Virus record (IMG/VR): IMGVR_UViG_3300021255_000109
Location: 64,001 to 128,000 of that record
Reading direction: 5' to 3' (one strand)
DNA from: a virus
Taxonomy: Duplodnaviria > Caudoviricetes
DNA: 64,000 bases
The notes beneath the pieces are model-generated. The model saw nothing but the letters and a program-made list of their open reading frames with translations, did not search any database and was not told where the DNA came from. Positions 1 to 8,237 of the stretch are shown one piece after another. The position numbers were made by a program, and so were the translations under genes. Positions within the stretch are counted from its first letter, which is position 1, and every line of letters begins with the position of its first letter.

Positions 1-470
1 ATGGCAAACTTCCTTATTAGCATTTCCTTGGTTTGTGCCAGGCGGCCAGCCTAACACCTAACAAGGATTATTCTCCCACTGGGAGCGTCTATTGCGGAAG
101 CGACAAGACACCGTCCTAACTTGAGAAATATATTTTGCGCTAACTACCCCCGACACCTTACGTTCGTAAGGTATCATTCTCTTGTCACCAAGAGAATGAT
201 TCATCTTCATCCTGGCTATCGTCAGGGTAGATATAGTCGACACCTAAGTGTGGTAGTTACCTCAGCACAATGGTATTTGCTCTGCACTGAGTTACACATT
301 TTTTCAAAGTTCAATAGGAATCAGTCAAAATCAGCATCGCCACGAGAAGGCTTCCTATATGATGCCATGCGGTTTTGAGGTTAACCGTAAACCTTGATAG
401 TGTGGCTCTCGCCCAAAGGAATACCCGGCCGCCGCACTCCACTCTTTGAATGATGAACTCTTCTAATCCT
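1..470 (-). ncRNA. large structured ncRNA candidate (possibly GOLLD/ROOL-like), may extend past window start
   Basis: No credible ORF. Successive hairpins, e.g. ATCATTCTCTTG-GTGA-CAAGAGAATGAT (GNRA loop on minus strand) and CCTTAC/GTAAGG. Lies downstream of tRNA-Gln. Confidence 0.5.
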
Positions 471-530
471 ACATCCTATCATATGTCTATTGGACTTACA
501 TACAATTTCTAACTGTAAAGCCGAGACAAA

Positions 531-603
531 CAGCCCCGGACAGAATCGAACTGTCACATTGCGGGTCAAAGCCGCATGCGCTCAACCATTACGCTACGGA
601 GCT
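531..603 (-). tRNA. trnQ: tRNA-Gln(TTG)
   Basis: Cloverleaf; anticodon arm TGCGG-CT TTG AC-CCGCA; T-loop TTCGATT. Confidence 0.9.
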
Positions 604-611
604 ATCTATTT

Positions 612-734
612 CAAGGCTGCTTACTTTTTGGAGTTATTAATCTTCCAATTGATTTACAATTGCTAAGCAAAAGACAGGACTCGAACCTGCAACGCATAAC
701 TTGGAATAAAGCTACTATTTGCTGTCACAGCCTT
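612..734 (-). ncRNA. skipping-rope-like element enclosing a circularly permuted tRNA (Gly TCC / Trp CCA ambiguous)
   Basis: AAGGCTG-TGA-CAGCAAAT ... CAGCCTTG; inside, T-arm and 3' acceptor precede 5' acceptor and D-arm. Confidence 0.7.
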
Positions 735-765
735 AAATATATTATAATGTTTAATTAGTTTTCAA

Positions 766-887
766 CAAGACACTTTAGAAAAATGATTATCAGTCATTCG
801 CGTCAACCATTGCGCCAATTTGCCTAAGGTGGCAAATATCGGATTTGAACCGATACTCTCTAAAAAGAGATTTGCTGTATGTGTCTT
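766..887 (-). ncRNA. skipping-rope-like element enclosing a circularly permuted tRNA-Ile(GAT)
   Basis: AAGACAC-ATA-CAGCAAAT ... GTGTCTTG; inside ATCGG-TTCAAAT-CCGAT, ATTTGCC-ACCTTA-GGCAAAT, D-arm, AATGA-CT GAT AA-TCATT. Confidence 0.8.
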
Positions 888-893
888 TTTTAT

Positions 894-1268
894 TTATTCT
901 TGAATACAATACTTTCTTACAAAATGACCATAAGACATACGATTACACATCTTATTTAACTCCTCAGTAGAATACTGACCTGCTACTAATTCATCAACAA
1001 GCGCCCAATAACAATCGACGTCGTCTCTATAGACGTCATCGTACATCTCTTCAATCTCATCTTCAGTCATATCGTCGTCGATATATTCTTTTGCCTCTTC
1101 ATCTAAAGCATTATAAATCTCAGCATAAGACTGAATAACATCAAAGGCTAAGCTAATAGCATTCTCTCTGGCTTCCTCTTCGTTGTCTGCATCAATTACT
1201 TCCATCTCATACATACCGTGTAAACCACCATACATCTGGTCACAGCCATAAACTACATATCTAGCCAT
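894..1268 (-). CDS. hypothetical acidic phage protein
   Basis: 124 aa ORF, AAAGGA RBS, upstream TTGATT/TATAAT promoter. Confidence 0.8.
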   Translation of the reverse strand: MARYVVYGCDQMYGGLHGMYEMEVIDADNEEEARENAISLAFDVIQSYAEIYNALDEEAKEYIDDDMTEDEIEEMYDDVYRDDVDCYWALVDELVAGQYSTEELNKMCNRMSYGHFVRKYCIQE

Positions 1269-1359
1269 TGATTATAATTTCCTTTCTTTTTTTATTTTAC
1301 ATAAATATTATACCAAATTTTTTCTAAAAAATCAATTTAAACTTTTTTATTTGTGATAG

Positions 1360-1434
1360 TCGGGGTGACAGGATTCGAACCTGCGGTCTCGTGATCCCAA
1401 ATCACGCGCCTTAACCAAACTGGGCCACACCCCG
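1360..1434 (-). tRNA. trnP: tRNA-Pro(TGG)
   Basis: Cloverleaf; CGTGA-TT TGG GA-TCACG. Confidence 0.92.
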
Positions 1435-1438
1435 TAAG

Positions 1439-1995
1439 TAGGAGAGATGGGAATCGAACCCATGACCTCAGGTTTGATTCCAAGATGTTATTCATTAATT
1501 ATTTTATTCACCACCTTTTCTAATTCATATTCAGTAGCAAATGTAATTCCTCTAATTTGTCCATTCTTAGGCGGAATAAATCTTAATCTTTTTATCCCAG
1601 AACTACAACATTCATCTACTGGAATTAAATAAGTTTTACCTTCATAAGAAGTCATAAAATAATCAATTTGTTCTTTTGTATAGGCATGTTTTACAAACTT
1701 TCCATTTCTCGTAGTTTTATTTGCGGTATTAAATTCTATATATCCGTTGTCTATATGTGAAGTATTAGCTGTTTTAACTTGAATTTTATAAAATTTATTA
1801 TTTATTTCAACTACGAAATCATAACGTTCACAATCTCCATATGGAGTTAAAACATTATAACCTAATTTTAAAAATGATAACATACATTCTACTTCTGTAA
1901 TATTACCTTTTTGTTTTGACATTAACATATTGTTAATAATCAATGAATAATTCTTTGAATCAGACCTGCACTCTAACCTTCTGAGCTACTCTCCT
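1439..1995 (-). tRNA. trnI: split tRNA, most likely Ile(GAT); exons about 1959-1995 and 1439-1475
   Basis: 5' half AGGAGAG..CAGGT-CTGAT and 3' half AA-ACCTG..TTCGATT..CTCTCCT-A flank a ~483-nt insert. Confidence 0.75.
1488..1943 (-). CDS. PD-(D/E)XK endonuclease inside the tRNA insert (group I intron-associated PD-(D/E)XK-like family)
   Basis: Motifs KGNITE...YDFVV...KIQVKT...IDYF; true start may be an ATG at about 1928 or 1922. Confidence 0.8.
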   Translation of the reverse strand: MIINNMLMSKQKGNITEVECMLSFLKLGYNVLTPYGDCERYDFVVEINNKFYKIQVKTANTSHIDNGYIEFNTANKTTRNGKFVKHAYTKEQIDYFMTSYEGKTYLIPVDECCSSGIKRLRFIPPKNGQIRGITFATEYELEKVVNKIINE

Positions 1996-2006
1996 ATATT
2001 TATATC

Positions 2007-2087
2007 CAAGGCACTTAAAGTGAGCACATTTGTATAAGTAAAAGTTATATAATTTGCATCCTTGTAAATATTTGCTGTATGTGCCTT
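2007..2087 (-). ncRNA. skipping-rope-like element (no tRNA cargo)
   Basis: AAGGCAC-ATA-CAGCAAAT...GTGCCTTG directly downstream of promoter at 2105-2142. Confidence 0.7.
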
Positions 2088-2139
2088 AAATTTCTTATTT
2101 CTTTATCTTACTAATTATATCAAAATTTTTCTAAAAAAT

Positions 2140-2265
2140 CAACTTGCGGGTACTTTCCGCGACAGCCGCTTAACCAATTCGACTTTCTTAGCTTTCACTA
2201 ATGAGAACCTCACGCATTGTCGGTCTTGTCCTCCCTATCGTTAGGCTTCCACTTGCCGCAAGTTG
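2140..2265 (-). ncRNA. structured RNA candidate closed by 10-bp stem
   Basis: CAACTTGCGG...CCGCAAGTTG terminal inverted repeat with internal hairpins. Confidence 0.45.
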
Positions 2266-2272
2266 ATTTTAG

Positions 2273-2391
2273 TGGGGGACAGAGGACTCGAACCTCCAAA
2301 CACCGGCTCCCTAAGCTTTGTAAAAATTGCTGACACGGTTTTTATTCAAGACCAGACATAACGGCGGCTTTTCCTATTTGCCTAATCCCCC
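2273..2391 (-). tRNA. Leu-like tRNA whose anticodon arm is interrupted by an inside-out skipping-rope element
   Basis: GGGGGAT/GTCCCCC acceptor, GGC/GCC D-arm, GGAGG-TTCGAGT-CCTCT T-arm; insert GGTCTTGA-ATAA-AAACC-GTGT-CAGCAATT then ..CT TAG GG.. Confidence 0.65.
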
Positions 2392-2394
2392 AAA

Positions 2395-2466
2395 TACCGG
2401 ATCTCGGATTCGAACCGAGAAAACAACCTTCGTAGGGTCGCAGTTTATCCATTAGCTTAATCCGGC
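2395..2466 (-). tRNA. trnR: tRNA-Arg(ACG)
   Basis: Cloverleaf; CGACC-CT ACG AA-GGTTG. Confidence 0.88.
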
Positions 2467-2658
2467 TTATGCGCGCTCGATTGGCGTCAAGCGCACGACT
2501 TCATATGCGCCAACATATGAAGGTTTTGGTTTAATATCGGGAAAACCACGACACGCCTCAAGAGCAATGCCAAAACCCGCAAGCACTTACCTCTTAATCC
2601 GTCTATTGCCTCGCTTCTCATCTTCGAGCATAAGCTACTACAATCGCTTTTAAGAGAA

Positions 2659-2730
2659 TATCCCAGAAAGGACTCGAACCTTCATCCAATCGCTTAGAAG
2701 GCGATTGCTCCTCCATTGAGCTACTGGGAC
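2659..2730 (-). tRNA. trnR: tRNA-Arg(TCT)
   Basis: Cloverleaf; ATCGC-CT TCT AA-GCGAT. Confidence 0.92.
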
Positions 2731-2912
2731 TCAATTTTTCTTTCCTTTTTTATCTTACATAAATATTATACCAAATTTTTTCCAAAAAAGCAAATCATTC
2801 TTTTTAACTGGGGGTCTTGATCGCGATGGGCTACCCCCAAGCCATGGTTTTCGGCTGGTTATCGTTGTTCACAGCTCCCGGCGAGGCTCTACGACGCTCC
2901 ACTGCCGCGGAG

Positions 2913-2985
<73 letters not shown>

Positions 2986-3085
2986 AAATGAGAGTATATC
3001 CACCGCCTCAACTCTCTATACCTGCCGGCTTTGCATCTGTGCGCACAGACCTCAGACATTAACCGATGGATTTCCAGTAGTTTAA

Positions 3086-4261
3086 TTAAATTAAGTATTT
3101 ATAAGCAAAGCTTGAACTGTAATAATTTTTAGCCTTATTAAACTCAATCTCTGCGATTTCAAAACTGTTTAAAAAAGCTTTAAGAGCATCTTTTAACTTC
3201 TTTTGTTCTTCGTTATCATCACTCAAATATTCATAATCATCATCCCAGCCAAGTTCAACCTTAGAAGGGTCAATATGATAACCATTTTCGTCAATGATAA
3301 TGTCACGAGTGTAAAATCTGACCTGAACATTATTGCAATAACGAGCAAACTCAGCAGGAAAAGCTTTCTTATCAAAATTCAGCCATTCATAATTATTTCG
3401 GTTATCAAACATATCAAGGTCTATATTCTGAGAACTTGTTGCAACTAAGCCATTTGTAAAAATAACTTTCATTGATAATACAAGATAACGCTCTCTCTCA
3501 ATATTCAAATCTAACATGGTCTCAGACAAATCATATCCCTGATTTAGTTCAAATGCAATAGCCCTAAGTACATCATATGTAAATGAAGACATACCACTAA
3601 GAGCTACAATTTTATCAATATACTGACGAGCATCTCCAACTAGATTATCATTCATATACTCTCTTACTTCGTCTCCTGTTGGAGTGCTAAGCATAAAATG
3701 ATAATGAAATCTTCCTGGTCTATTCAATAGGAAAGGACTTAATCCTCTGGTATCATTACAAGTAATAATATATAATTTCTTACCATCATCAATACCATCG
3801 AATAATGATAAAAGATTATCTTGCGGTGAATAATCACTGTCTTTATCAGTTTTAAAAGTTTTTTCGAACTCATCAAAAAGCACAATACATTCTTGATGAA
3901 TAGAAGAAATAAAATCTTCAATACCAGGCGCAGGAGTATCAACAATTAAAAGCGGTAAATTTGATTTCTTACCAGCTTCTGCTAATAAACGTGCAAACAT
4001 TGACTTACCAACACCTTTTGGTCCTGATAAGATAACACCCATATTACGATTGAAATGGCTAAAAGTATTCATAACCTTATTAACCTTTTCAGCATACGGT
4101 CCATAAACTTTTTCTCTTGTAACGAGGTCATTATGCTTAGATAGGTAATAACCTGATAACTTACTAAATTCTACTCGATATGTATCTGCGGGGAGCGACT
4201 TATATGTTTGCACATCCTCGCCATACACCATAAACTTATCGCCTGCATTAACTATATTCAT
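3086..4261 (-). CDS. AAA+ ATPase
   Basis: Walker A GPKGVGKS, Walker B VLFDEFEK, SRH LLNRPGRF. Confidence 0.9.
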   Translation of the reverse strand: MNIVNAGDKFMVYGEDVQTYKSLPADTYRVEFSKLSGYYLSKHNDLVTREKVYGPYAEKVNKVMNTFSHFNRNMGVILSGPKGVGKSMFARLLAEAGKKSNLPLLIVDTPAPGIEDFISSIHQECIVLFDEFEKTFKTDKDSDYSPQDNLLSLFDGIDDGKKLYIITCNDTRGLSPFLLNRPGRFHYHFMLSTPTGDEVREYMNDNLVGDARQYIDKIVALSGMSSFTYDVLRAIAFELNQGYDLSETMLDLNIERERYLVLSMKVIFTNGLVATSSQNIDLDMFDNRNNYEWLNFDKKAFPAEFARYCNNVQVRFYTRDIIIDENGYHIDPSKVELGWDDDYEYLSDDNEEQKKLKDALKAFLNSFEIAEIEFNKAKNYYSSSFAYKYLI

Positions 4262-4280
4262 TTATCTTTTCCCTTCTTCC

Positions 4281-4484
4281 TTAATCTTCAAACATTTCAT
4301 CATCCCAATCTTCATAGTTATCGTTATTGTATAACGCATCGCCATCATTCAAAACAGCACGCATTAAAGCTGAAAGTTCTAACAACTGACGAGCTTGCTT
4401 ATGTTTTTGCTTTTTATCTTTAGCTTTTGCAGATTCGTAAGCATCACTGTTATCACCGATTTGGTCCAAAACATATGGATGCAT
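4281..4484 (-). CDS. hypothetical protein
   Basis: 67 aa ORF with AGGAG RBS. Confidence 0.7.
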   Translation of the reverse strand: MHPYVLDQIGDNSDAYESAKAKDKKQKHKQARQLLELSALMRAVLNDGDALYNNDNYEDWDDEMFED

Positions 4485-4513
4485 AATTACTCTCCTTTTT
4501 TTCTTTGGTTAAG

Positions 4514-4588
4514 GGCGAATAGAGAGATTCGAACTCTCGATCTTCAGAGCCACAATCTGATGTGCTAGCCAACTGCACCATATCCGCC
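4514..4588 (-). tRNA. trnH: tRNA-His(GTG)
   Basis: Cloverleaf with G-1; TCAGA-TT GTG GC-TCTGA. Confidence 0.9.
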
Positions 4589-4616
4589 ATACATATCCCT
4601 CTCATTGGACACATTA

Positions 4617-4853
4617 CTAAGAGGTGTGAGAGGGTTTATTAAAATGAATTGAAGACTCTTTTACTATTGATTCACGGCTTTTCCAAACAATAGCTCGTAA
4701 ATCTTCTAATGCTTCTTGTTCTGTTTGATAAATTCTTTTATCAATTCTATTCCAAGGTAATGATACTAATTGATATGTACCTTGATCATTATGACAAATT
4801 ATGAAATAACTTTCTAATTTTCCGTCTTTAGAATAAACAGCATAAGTCTTCAT
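4617..4853 (-). CDS. hypothetical protein
   Basis: 78 aa ORF with AGGAG RBS. Confidence 0.7.
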   Translation of the reverse strand: MKTYAVYSKDGKLESYFIICHNDQGTYQLVSLPWNRIDKRIYQTEQEALEDLRAIVWKSRESIVKESSIHFNKPSHTS

Positions 4854-4866
4854 TCTAACTCCTTAA

Positions 4867-5406
4867 TTACGGCCACTCACCAAGAGGCTTACCAAGCTGA
4901 CCACGTTCAACATCTGTATTGAAAAATACTCCAACTGAACCAGGTCCAGTAAGAATCTCTTCTGCAATATCCTGATACAAAGTGCTTACAACACCATGAC
5001 AATCATTTAAATTATCATTGAAGAACTGTACAACACAATTCTTAAACACTACATATACCATAGAGAACCAGTTATATCCTTCATCCGCAGGAGATACTGC
5101 ATATGCAAAAGCGGGATTCTTTGCAAAAGCAACTTCAAATAATTCTTTCTTATTTGCGAAAGCACGATTCGATGGGACGCCATCAACAGCAATCTTCAAA
5201 GTAATATTACCAAACACTACCGCGCTTGGAAGTAGCTGAATTAATGCTGCAACCTTATCTCCATTATTGCAAGAAAGGGTAATAGATGGATTCGGAGCGT
5301 TCCATTCTACATTACAAGCAATCTACGGATCTCCATCAAAGAGAGCCTCAACCTTATGGATATAAGTAATCCAAGGCGGTGATACCTTTAATCTAACATC
5401 TGCCAT
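4867..5406 (-). CDS. hypothetical protein (one in-frame TAG read through)
   Basis: ATG at 5406 with AGGAG RBS; frame open to TAA if TAG is sense. Confidence 0.75.
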
Positions 5407-5431
5407 AAATTATTTCTCCTTAAATTTATTT

Positions 5432-6019
5432 TTACCAGTTAAACGCATATCCAAGCGCCAGATCTGTTTTATCAGCAAGCAAATCTGCATAAGCCATAAT
5501 GCGTCTAGTAAGATCGTTAACCACAATTAAAGCTAATTCCAATTTACTACCTGGAATTTGTCCATCTACTGTTGCAACAAAAATATAATTCATTCCTGTG
5601 GTAACTCTGGTTCCCAGTAAAGCAACAGGAATCATTCTAGAGCCAAGACATCTATGACAACCATCAGTCCAAATTTCCATAACCTCTTCTGGAATTTCAT
5701 CGGCCATCTTAACATCAACTGTAGTTCCTCCAAGAGGAAGTCCACCTTCAAGAATGCGCTCAATACTTACAAGAGTTGCACCATTATCATTTGGTTTCTC
5801 ATTAAAAATCAGAATAACAATATTTTTTGAATCTTTATCTGTAAGTACAATCTGTTCTGCGAGAACCGCATGATTAATACCATTAACCACTTGTGAACCA
5901 AGATAAGCGATCATTTTATATTTTATGCCAACCAAATGTGTCTCAAGTGCGGAAAACGCACTAGCTACTTTCTACGGCATAGCTGAGGTATTTATTGTTA
6001 TCTCCCAACTACCTGTCAT
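5432..6019 (-). CDS. hypothetical protein (one in-frame TAG read through)
   Basis: ATG at 6019 with AGGAG RBS; MTGSWEITINTSAMP*KVASAF continues into the tracked ORF. Confidence 0.75.
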
Positions 6020-6057
6020 TTTTAATCTCCTTTATAAAAGACTTTATTAGTAACGAG

Positions 6058-6148
6058 CGAGGAGCTTGGGACTTGAACCCAAACGCCGGTCTACCCGGTT
6101 ACTCAGACATTAGCAATGTCTTGCCTTACCAATTAGGCTTAGCTCCCC
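6058..6148 (-). tRNA. trnS: tRNA-Ser(GCT)
   Basis: Cloverleaf with long variable arm; AGACA-TT GCT AA-TGTCT. Confidence 0.92.
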
Positions 6149-6242
6149 TAAAAAATATTGTAGGTTACAACAACCTGTCAAAGTACCTTAAAGGCTTCAT
6201 AACAAAATAGTACAATTTCTACAGTGAGTAACCTACAATATT

Positions 6243-6295
6243 AACCCCTCTGCGTTTACACTGGCTTGGGAACAGTCCATTGGGCCGCATTAGTT
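6243..6295 (-). ncRNA. twister ribozyme (type P1)
   Basis: Minus strand AACTAATGCGGCCCAATGGACTGTTCCCAAGCCAGTGTAAACGCAGAGGGGTT: U^AA site, P2 TGCG/CGCA, P4 ACTG/CAGT with loop TTCCCAAGC, 3' GAGGG pseudoknot partner. Confidence 0.8.
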
Positions 6296-6504
6296 TTTAA
6301 TTTTAAGTAAGGAGTAAAAAGAAGATTTATTGTCCCCGTATTATTTGACAATAAATAGAGATAAAAAACTCTCCTTAACATACAGTTTTGTTGTTTCTAA
6401 ATCTGGCACTATATAGAAAGGATGGCACCTTACAGCCTAACCGCCAATTATTTTTGATTAGGTTTTCCAGTAGTAAGGCTTAATGTATAGTGTCAATTTA
6501 AAAA

Positions 6505-6627
6505 CAAGTCGCTTCGTTTTTTGGTGTACAAAATGGGACTCGAACCCACAATTTTTAAATCCTAAATTTAACGCCATTCCTATTTGGCTATTCGTACGAT
6601 TAACGTAACATTTGCTGTATGCGACTT
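6505..6627 (-). ncRNA. skipping-rope-like element enclosing an intact tRNA
   Basis: AAGTCGC-ATA-CAGCAAAT ... GCGACTTG. Confidence 0.75.
6522..6597 (-). tRNA. trnL: tRNA-Leu(TAG), short variable loop, encoded CCA
   Basis: GTACGAA/TTTGTAC-ACCA; TTAAA-TT TAG GA-TTTAA. Confidence 0.75.
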
Positions 6628-6631
6628 TAAG

Positions 6632-6706
6632 TTGCGGGAGAAGGATTCGAACCTCCGACCTTTGCCTTATGAGGGCAACGAGCTTCCAGACTGCTACCAC
6701 CCCGCC
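6632..6706 (-). tRNA. trnM: tRNA-Met(CAT), initiator-like (1:72 mismatch)
   Basis: TTGCC-CT CAT AA-GGCAA; G1.A72 mismatch. Confidence 0.85.
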
Positions 6707-6816
6707 ATAATAAAACGGTTTTTAATTTATATGTCCCAGATTCCGTAAAACTGGTATTCCTAACTCATTGGTTTAAATTAGCCCAACGGACCGTACCTCC
6801 ATTTCGTTAGAATAAA

Positions 6817-6887
6817 TGCCATACCAAGGGTTTGCACCTCGATTGCCAGAATTCTAGCTGGGGACTTACTTTTTAGTCGAGCATGAC
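6817..6887 (-). ncRNA. tRNA-like element with non-canonical T-loop
   Basis: GTCATGC/GTATGGC acceptor, GACT/AGTC D-arm, CCAG/CTGG arm with 8-nt loop, T-loop TGCAAAC. Confidence 0.55.
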
Positions 6888-6925
6888 ATTTTTATTAATT
6901 TTTCTTACTTATTTTTATTATCCCT

Positions 6926-6991
6926 CAAGACGAATTATAACAAGTTTTGTTTACCGACACAAATTGTTTTAAAAATTGCAGAAATCGTCTT
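6926..6991 (-). ncRNA. skipping-rope-like element
   Basis: AAGACGA-TTT-CTGCAATT...TCGTCTTG; first element after promoter 6995-7037. Confidence 0.65.
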
Positions 6992-7038
6992 TTTTATTTT
7001 CTATAAATATTATATCAAATATTTTATAAAAAATCAAA

Positions 7039-7114
7039 CCAACCATATGGGAATCGAACCCATCATCCTTCTGCCTTGCGTGACAGTGCTTGCCTCCTTG
7101 CATGCCCATGATTA
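7039..7114 (-). tRNA. degenerate tRNA-Cys(GCA)-like
   Basis: Good T-arm ATGGG-TTCGATT-CCCAT and acceptor; anticodon loop only 6 nt. Confidence 0.5.
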
Positions 7115-7381
7115 GAGGGATCTGCGCATATCCCTGTTTTGGTTTGCTTCAGTAGGGTTTCCTCCCCTCCCACTCCATTTTTATACCGAGCTGAGAAAAC
7201 ACGGTCGAGAACTTCTCGTAATAAGGTACCATCATTTGTTACAACTGTCAATCTTTCATATGGTGCTATCTACTTAACTGGCAGCCCGCATTGTACTTTT
7301 GCGTAACAATTTATAACTCCCAAATTGTTTCTAACGTCTGCTTATGTCCAACGGATAGCCAGCCGTGCTTGAAGCAGCAAA

Positions 7382-7456
7382 TACCTGAAAATGGATTTGA
7401 ACCATTGACCTTTTCCGTATGAAGGAATTGCTCTAACCGAACTGAGCTACTCAGGT
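7382..7456 (-). tRNA. tRNA-Met/Ile2(CAT)
   Basis: ATTCC-TT CAT AC-GGAAA; full cloverleaf. Confidence 0.88.
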
Positions 7457-7543
7457 AGAAAGGTTAGGTAGTTTTTTGACTTGCCCAGGTCGACACAAAC
7501 AAAGAAAGGAAGATACATTATTATGAATTTATAAAAATTCAAA

Positions 7544-7616
7544 TGACTCTTGCCCGATTCGAACGGACGACTCCTGCCTGAGAAACAGGTGACTTAGGCC
7601 TCTTGTCGAAAGAGCC
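7544..7616 (-). tRNA. trnE: tRNA-Glu(CTC)
   Basis: CCTGT-TT CTC AG-GCAGG. Confidence 0.88.
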
Positions 7617-7753
7617 AAATTTTTATTTAATATTCCGGAAACTCCTTTACTTCATCATCAATGATTTCAATCTCTTCGATGTAAACCTCTTCACACTGAA
7701 CTTCGCAATCAAATGAATCCCAGTAAAAAATTTCCTTCATTTTTAACTCCTTT

Positions 7754-7819
7754 CAAGACATTTTAGTTTTTCCCAAATTGGATGGCTGAGATAACAAACT
7801 TGTTTGCTGCAAATGTCTT
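7754..7819 (-). ncRNA. skipping-rope-like element
   Basis: AAGACATTT-G-CAGCAAAC...AAATGTCTTG; first element after promoter 7825-7866. Confidence 0.65.
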
Positions 7820-7885
7820 TTTTCATTTTCTATAAATATTATATCAAATATTTTATAAAAAATCAATTAAGCATTTTTTTATTCG

Positions 7886-7959
7886 TACTCAAGATGAGAT
7901 TCGAACTCATAAAACCTTGGGTTTGAGCCAAGTACGTTTACCAATTACGTCACTTGAGC
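7886..7959 (-). tRNA. trnL: tRNA-Leu(CAA), short variable loop
   Basis: CTTGG-CT CAA AC-CCAAG. Confidence 0.85.
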
Positions 7960-7963
7960 AGAG

Positions 7964-8035
7964 TGGACACGGTGGGATTCGAACCCAATCTTCCTGATTG
8001 CAAGTCAAGCGCTCTCCCAATTGAGCTACCGGCCC
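7964..8035 (-). tRNA. trnA: tRNA-Ala(TGC)
   Basis: CTTGA-CT TGC AA-TCAGG; G3.U70. Confidence 0.85.
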
Positions 8036-8131
8036 ATAGTGGCAACTTCACTATTGGTCTGGATGGTTGCCGCACCCTAATGTCTTTCCATTAAGTCAAT
8101 TATCCTAAATTATTTGGCGATAATTACCTAA

Positions 8132-8206
8132 GCAGGTTGGCAGGATTTAAACCTGCGACCTCCGGGTCCCAAACCAAGCGCTCTGGCCAAACTGAGCTAC
8201 ATCCTG
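8132..8206 (-). tRNA. trnP: tRNA-Pro(TGG), second copy, variant T-loop
   Basis: CTTGG-TT TGG GA-CCCGG; T-loop TTTAAAT. Confidence 0.75.
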
Positions 8207-8237
8207 CTATAAATATATTTGGCAATAATTGCCGAAG

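Noticed and set aside
774-781. TT CTA AA as a suppressor anticodon loop
   Set aside because: No enclosing anticodon stem; it pairs instead with TTTAGAGA in the variable-arm helix.
1476-1958. Group I intron in the tRNA
   Set aside because: The ORF fills the insert; no P/Q/R/S elements or terminal G at the likely junction.
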